A DNA stretch of 64,000 bases from assembly GCA_964016885.1 (NCBI GenBank), contig OZ024742.1:235724001-235788000 (forward strand), written 5' to 3'. The translations under genes and the position numbers were made by a program. This DNA is from Eledone cirrhosa (Eukaryota). Below are positions 62,113 to 64,000 of this stretch, one piece after another (the first letter of the stretch is position 1; every line of letters starts with the position of its first letter). The notes beneath the pieces are model-generated. The model did not search any database. It was not told the origin of the DNA and saw nothing but the letters and a program-made list of their open reading frames with translations.

Positions 62113-64000
62113 GACTACGGTGATGGTGTTGGTAGTGGTGATCGTGTTGGTGTTGGTAGTGGTGATGGTGTTGGTTGTGGTGATGGTGTTGGTAGTGGTG
62201 ATGGTGTTGGTAGTGGTGATGGTGTTGGTAGTGGTGATGGTGTTGGTTGTGGTGATGGTGTTGGTAGTGGTGATGGTGTTGGTAGTGGTGATGGTGTTGG
62301 TAGTGGTGATGGTGTTGGTAGTGGTGATGGTGTTGGTAGAAGTGATGGTGTTGGTAGTGGTGATGGTGTTGGTAGAAGTGATGGTGTTGGTAGTGGTGAT
62401 GGTGTTGGTAGAAGTGATGGTGTTGGTAGTGGTGATGGTGTTGGTAGAAGTGATGGTGTTGGTAGTGGTGATGGTGTTGGTAGAAGTGATGGTGTTGGTA
62501 GTGGTGATGGTGTTGGTAGAAGTGATGGTGTTGGTAGTGGTGATGGTGTTGGTAGAAGTGATGGTGTTGGTTGTGGTGATGGTGTTGGTAGAAGTGATGG
62601 TGTTGGTAGTGGTGATGGTGTTGGTAGTGGTGATGGTGTTGGTAGTGGTGATGGTGTTGGTAGTGGTGATGGTGTTGGTAGTGGTGATGGTGTTGGTAGT
62701 GGTGATGGTGTTGGTAGTGGTGATGGTGTTGGTTGTGGTGATGGTGTTGGTACTGGTGATGGTGTTGGTAGTGGTGTTGGTGTTGGTAGTGGTGATGGTG
62801 TTGGTAGAAGTGATGGTGTTGGTAGTGGTGATGGTGTTGGTAGAAGTGATGGTGTTGGTAGTGGTGATGGTGTTGGTAGAAGTGATGGTGTTGGTAGTGG
62901 TGATGGTGTTGGTAGTGGTGATGGTGTTGGTAGAAGTGATGGTGTTGGTTGTGGTGATGGTGTTGGTAGAAGTGATGGTGTTGGTAGTGGTGATGGTGTT
63001 GGTAGTGGTGATGGTGTTGGTTGTGGTGATGGTGTTGGTAGTGGTGATGGTGTTGGTAGTGGTGATGGTGTTGGTAGTGGTGATGGTGTTGGTTGTGGTG
63101 ATGGTGTTGGTAGTGGTGATGGTGTTGGTAGTGGTGATGGTGTTGGTAGAAGTGATGGTGTTGGTAGTGGTGATGGTGTTGGTAGAAGTGATGGTGTTGG
63201 TTGTGGTGATGGTGTTGGTAGAAGTGATGGTGTTGGTAGTGGTGATGGTGTTGGTAGTGGTGATGGTGTTGGTAGTGGTGATGGTGTTGGTAGTGGTGAT
63301 GGTGTTGGTAGTGGTGATGGTGTTGGTTGTGGTGATGGTGTTGGTAGTGGTGATGGTGTTGGTAGTGGTGATGGTGTTGGTAGTGGTGATGGTGTTGGTT
63401 GTGGTGATGGTGTTGGTAGTGGTGATGGTGTTGGTAGTGGTGATGGTGTTGGTAGTGGTGGGGGTGTTGGTAGTGGTGATGGTGTTGGTAGTGGTGATGG
63501 TGTTGGTTGTGGTGATGGTGTTGGTAGTGGTGATGGTGTTGGTAGTGGTGATGGTGTTGGTAGTGGTGGGGGTGTTGGTAGTGGTGATGGTGTTGGTAGT
63601 GGTGATGGTGTTGGTTGTGGTGATGGTGTTGGTAGTGGTGATGGTCTTGGTAGTGGTGATGGTGTTGGTAGTGGTGATGGTGTTGGTAGTGGTGATGGTG
63701 TTGGTTGTGGTGATGGTGTTGGTAGTGGTGATGGTGTTGGTAGTGGTGATGGTGTTGGTACTGGTGATGGTGTTGGTAGTGGTGATGGTGTTGGTAGTGG
63801 TGATGGTGTTGGTAGTGGTGATGGTGTTGGTAGTGGTGATGGTGTTGGTAGTGGTGATGGTGTTGGTAGTGGTGATGGTGTTGGTTGTGGTGATGGTGTT
63901 GGTAGTGGTGATGGTGTTGGTAGTGGTGATGGTGTTGGTAGTGGTGATGGTGTTGGTAGTGGTGATGGTGTTGGTAGTGGTGGTGGTGTTGGTAGTGGTG
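62113..64000. repeat. 18-bp minisatellite (GGTGATGGTGTTGGTAGT)n, runs off the window end
   Basis: Directly visible; variant units contain ggtaga-agt, ggttgt and ggtact. Confidence 0.97.

Noticed and set aside
62113-64000. Stop-free frames (GDGVGS)n, (LPTPSP)n and (YQHHHH)n suggesting a structural protein
   Set aside because: Five of six frames of this 18-mer are open by composition; there is no start context, splice evidence or unique flanking domain

Overview
This is AT-rich, microsatellite-saturated eukaryotic repeat DNA, and I can support no host protein-coding gene in it. The tRNA-derived SINEs and the (TA)n/(CA)n/(TACA)n load suggest an octopus-like mollusc (inference). Protein-coding remnants: two Penelope-like elements (PLEs; RT + C-terminal GIY-YIG, resembling the Hydra clade), a fragment of a second PLE type, a near-full-length R4/Dong-like RLE LINE plus a 5'-truncated copy (both in (TACA)n), RTE and CR1-like fragments, Helitron Rep and PIF1 helicase pseudogenes, and Hsmar2-like mariner and pogo fragments. 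Non-coding mobile DNA includes internally deleted RTE derivatives and non-autonomous Helitrons, one of them a head-to-tail dimer. The main hidden signal is about 30 hand-folded minimal type I hammerhead ribozyme (HHR) motifs from roughly 10 sequence families. They lie in PLE 3' ends and in short non-coding, retrozyme-like units of about 310, 420 and 590 bp, inserted in (TA)n as tandem-plus-inverted arrays. Two families carry a covariant U3-A8 core. All folds and boundaries were read by eye (boundaries approximate); no searches were run.
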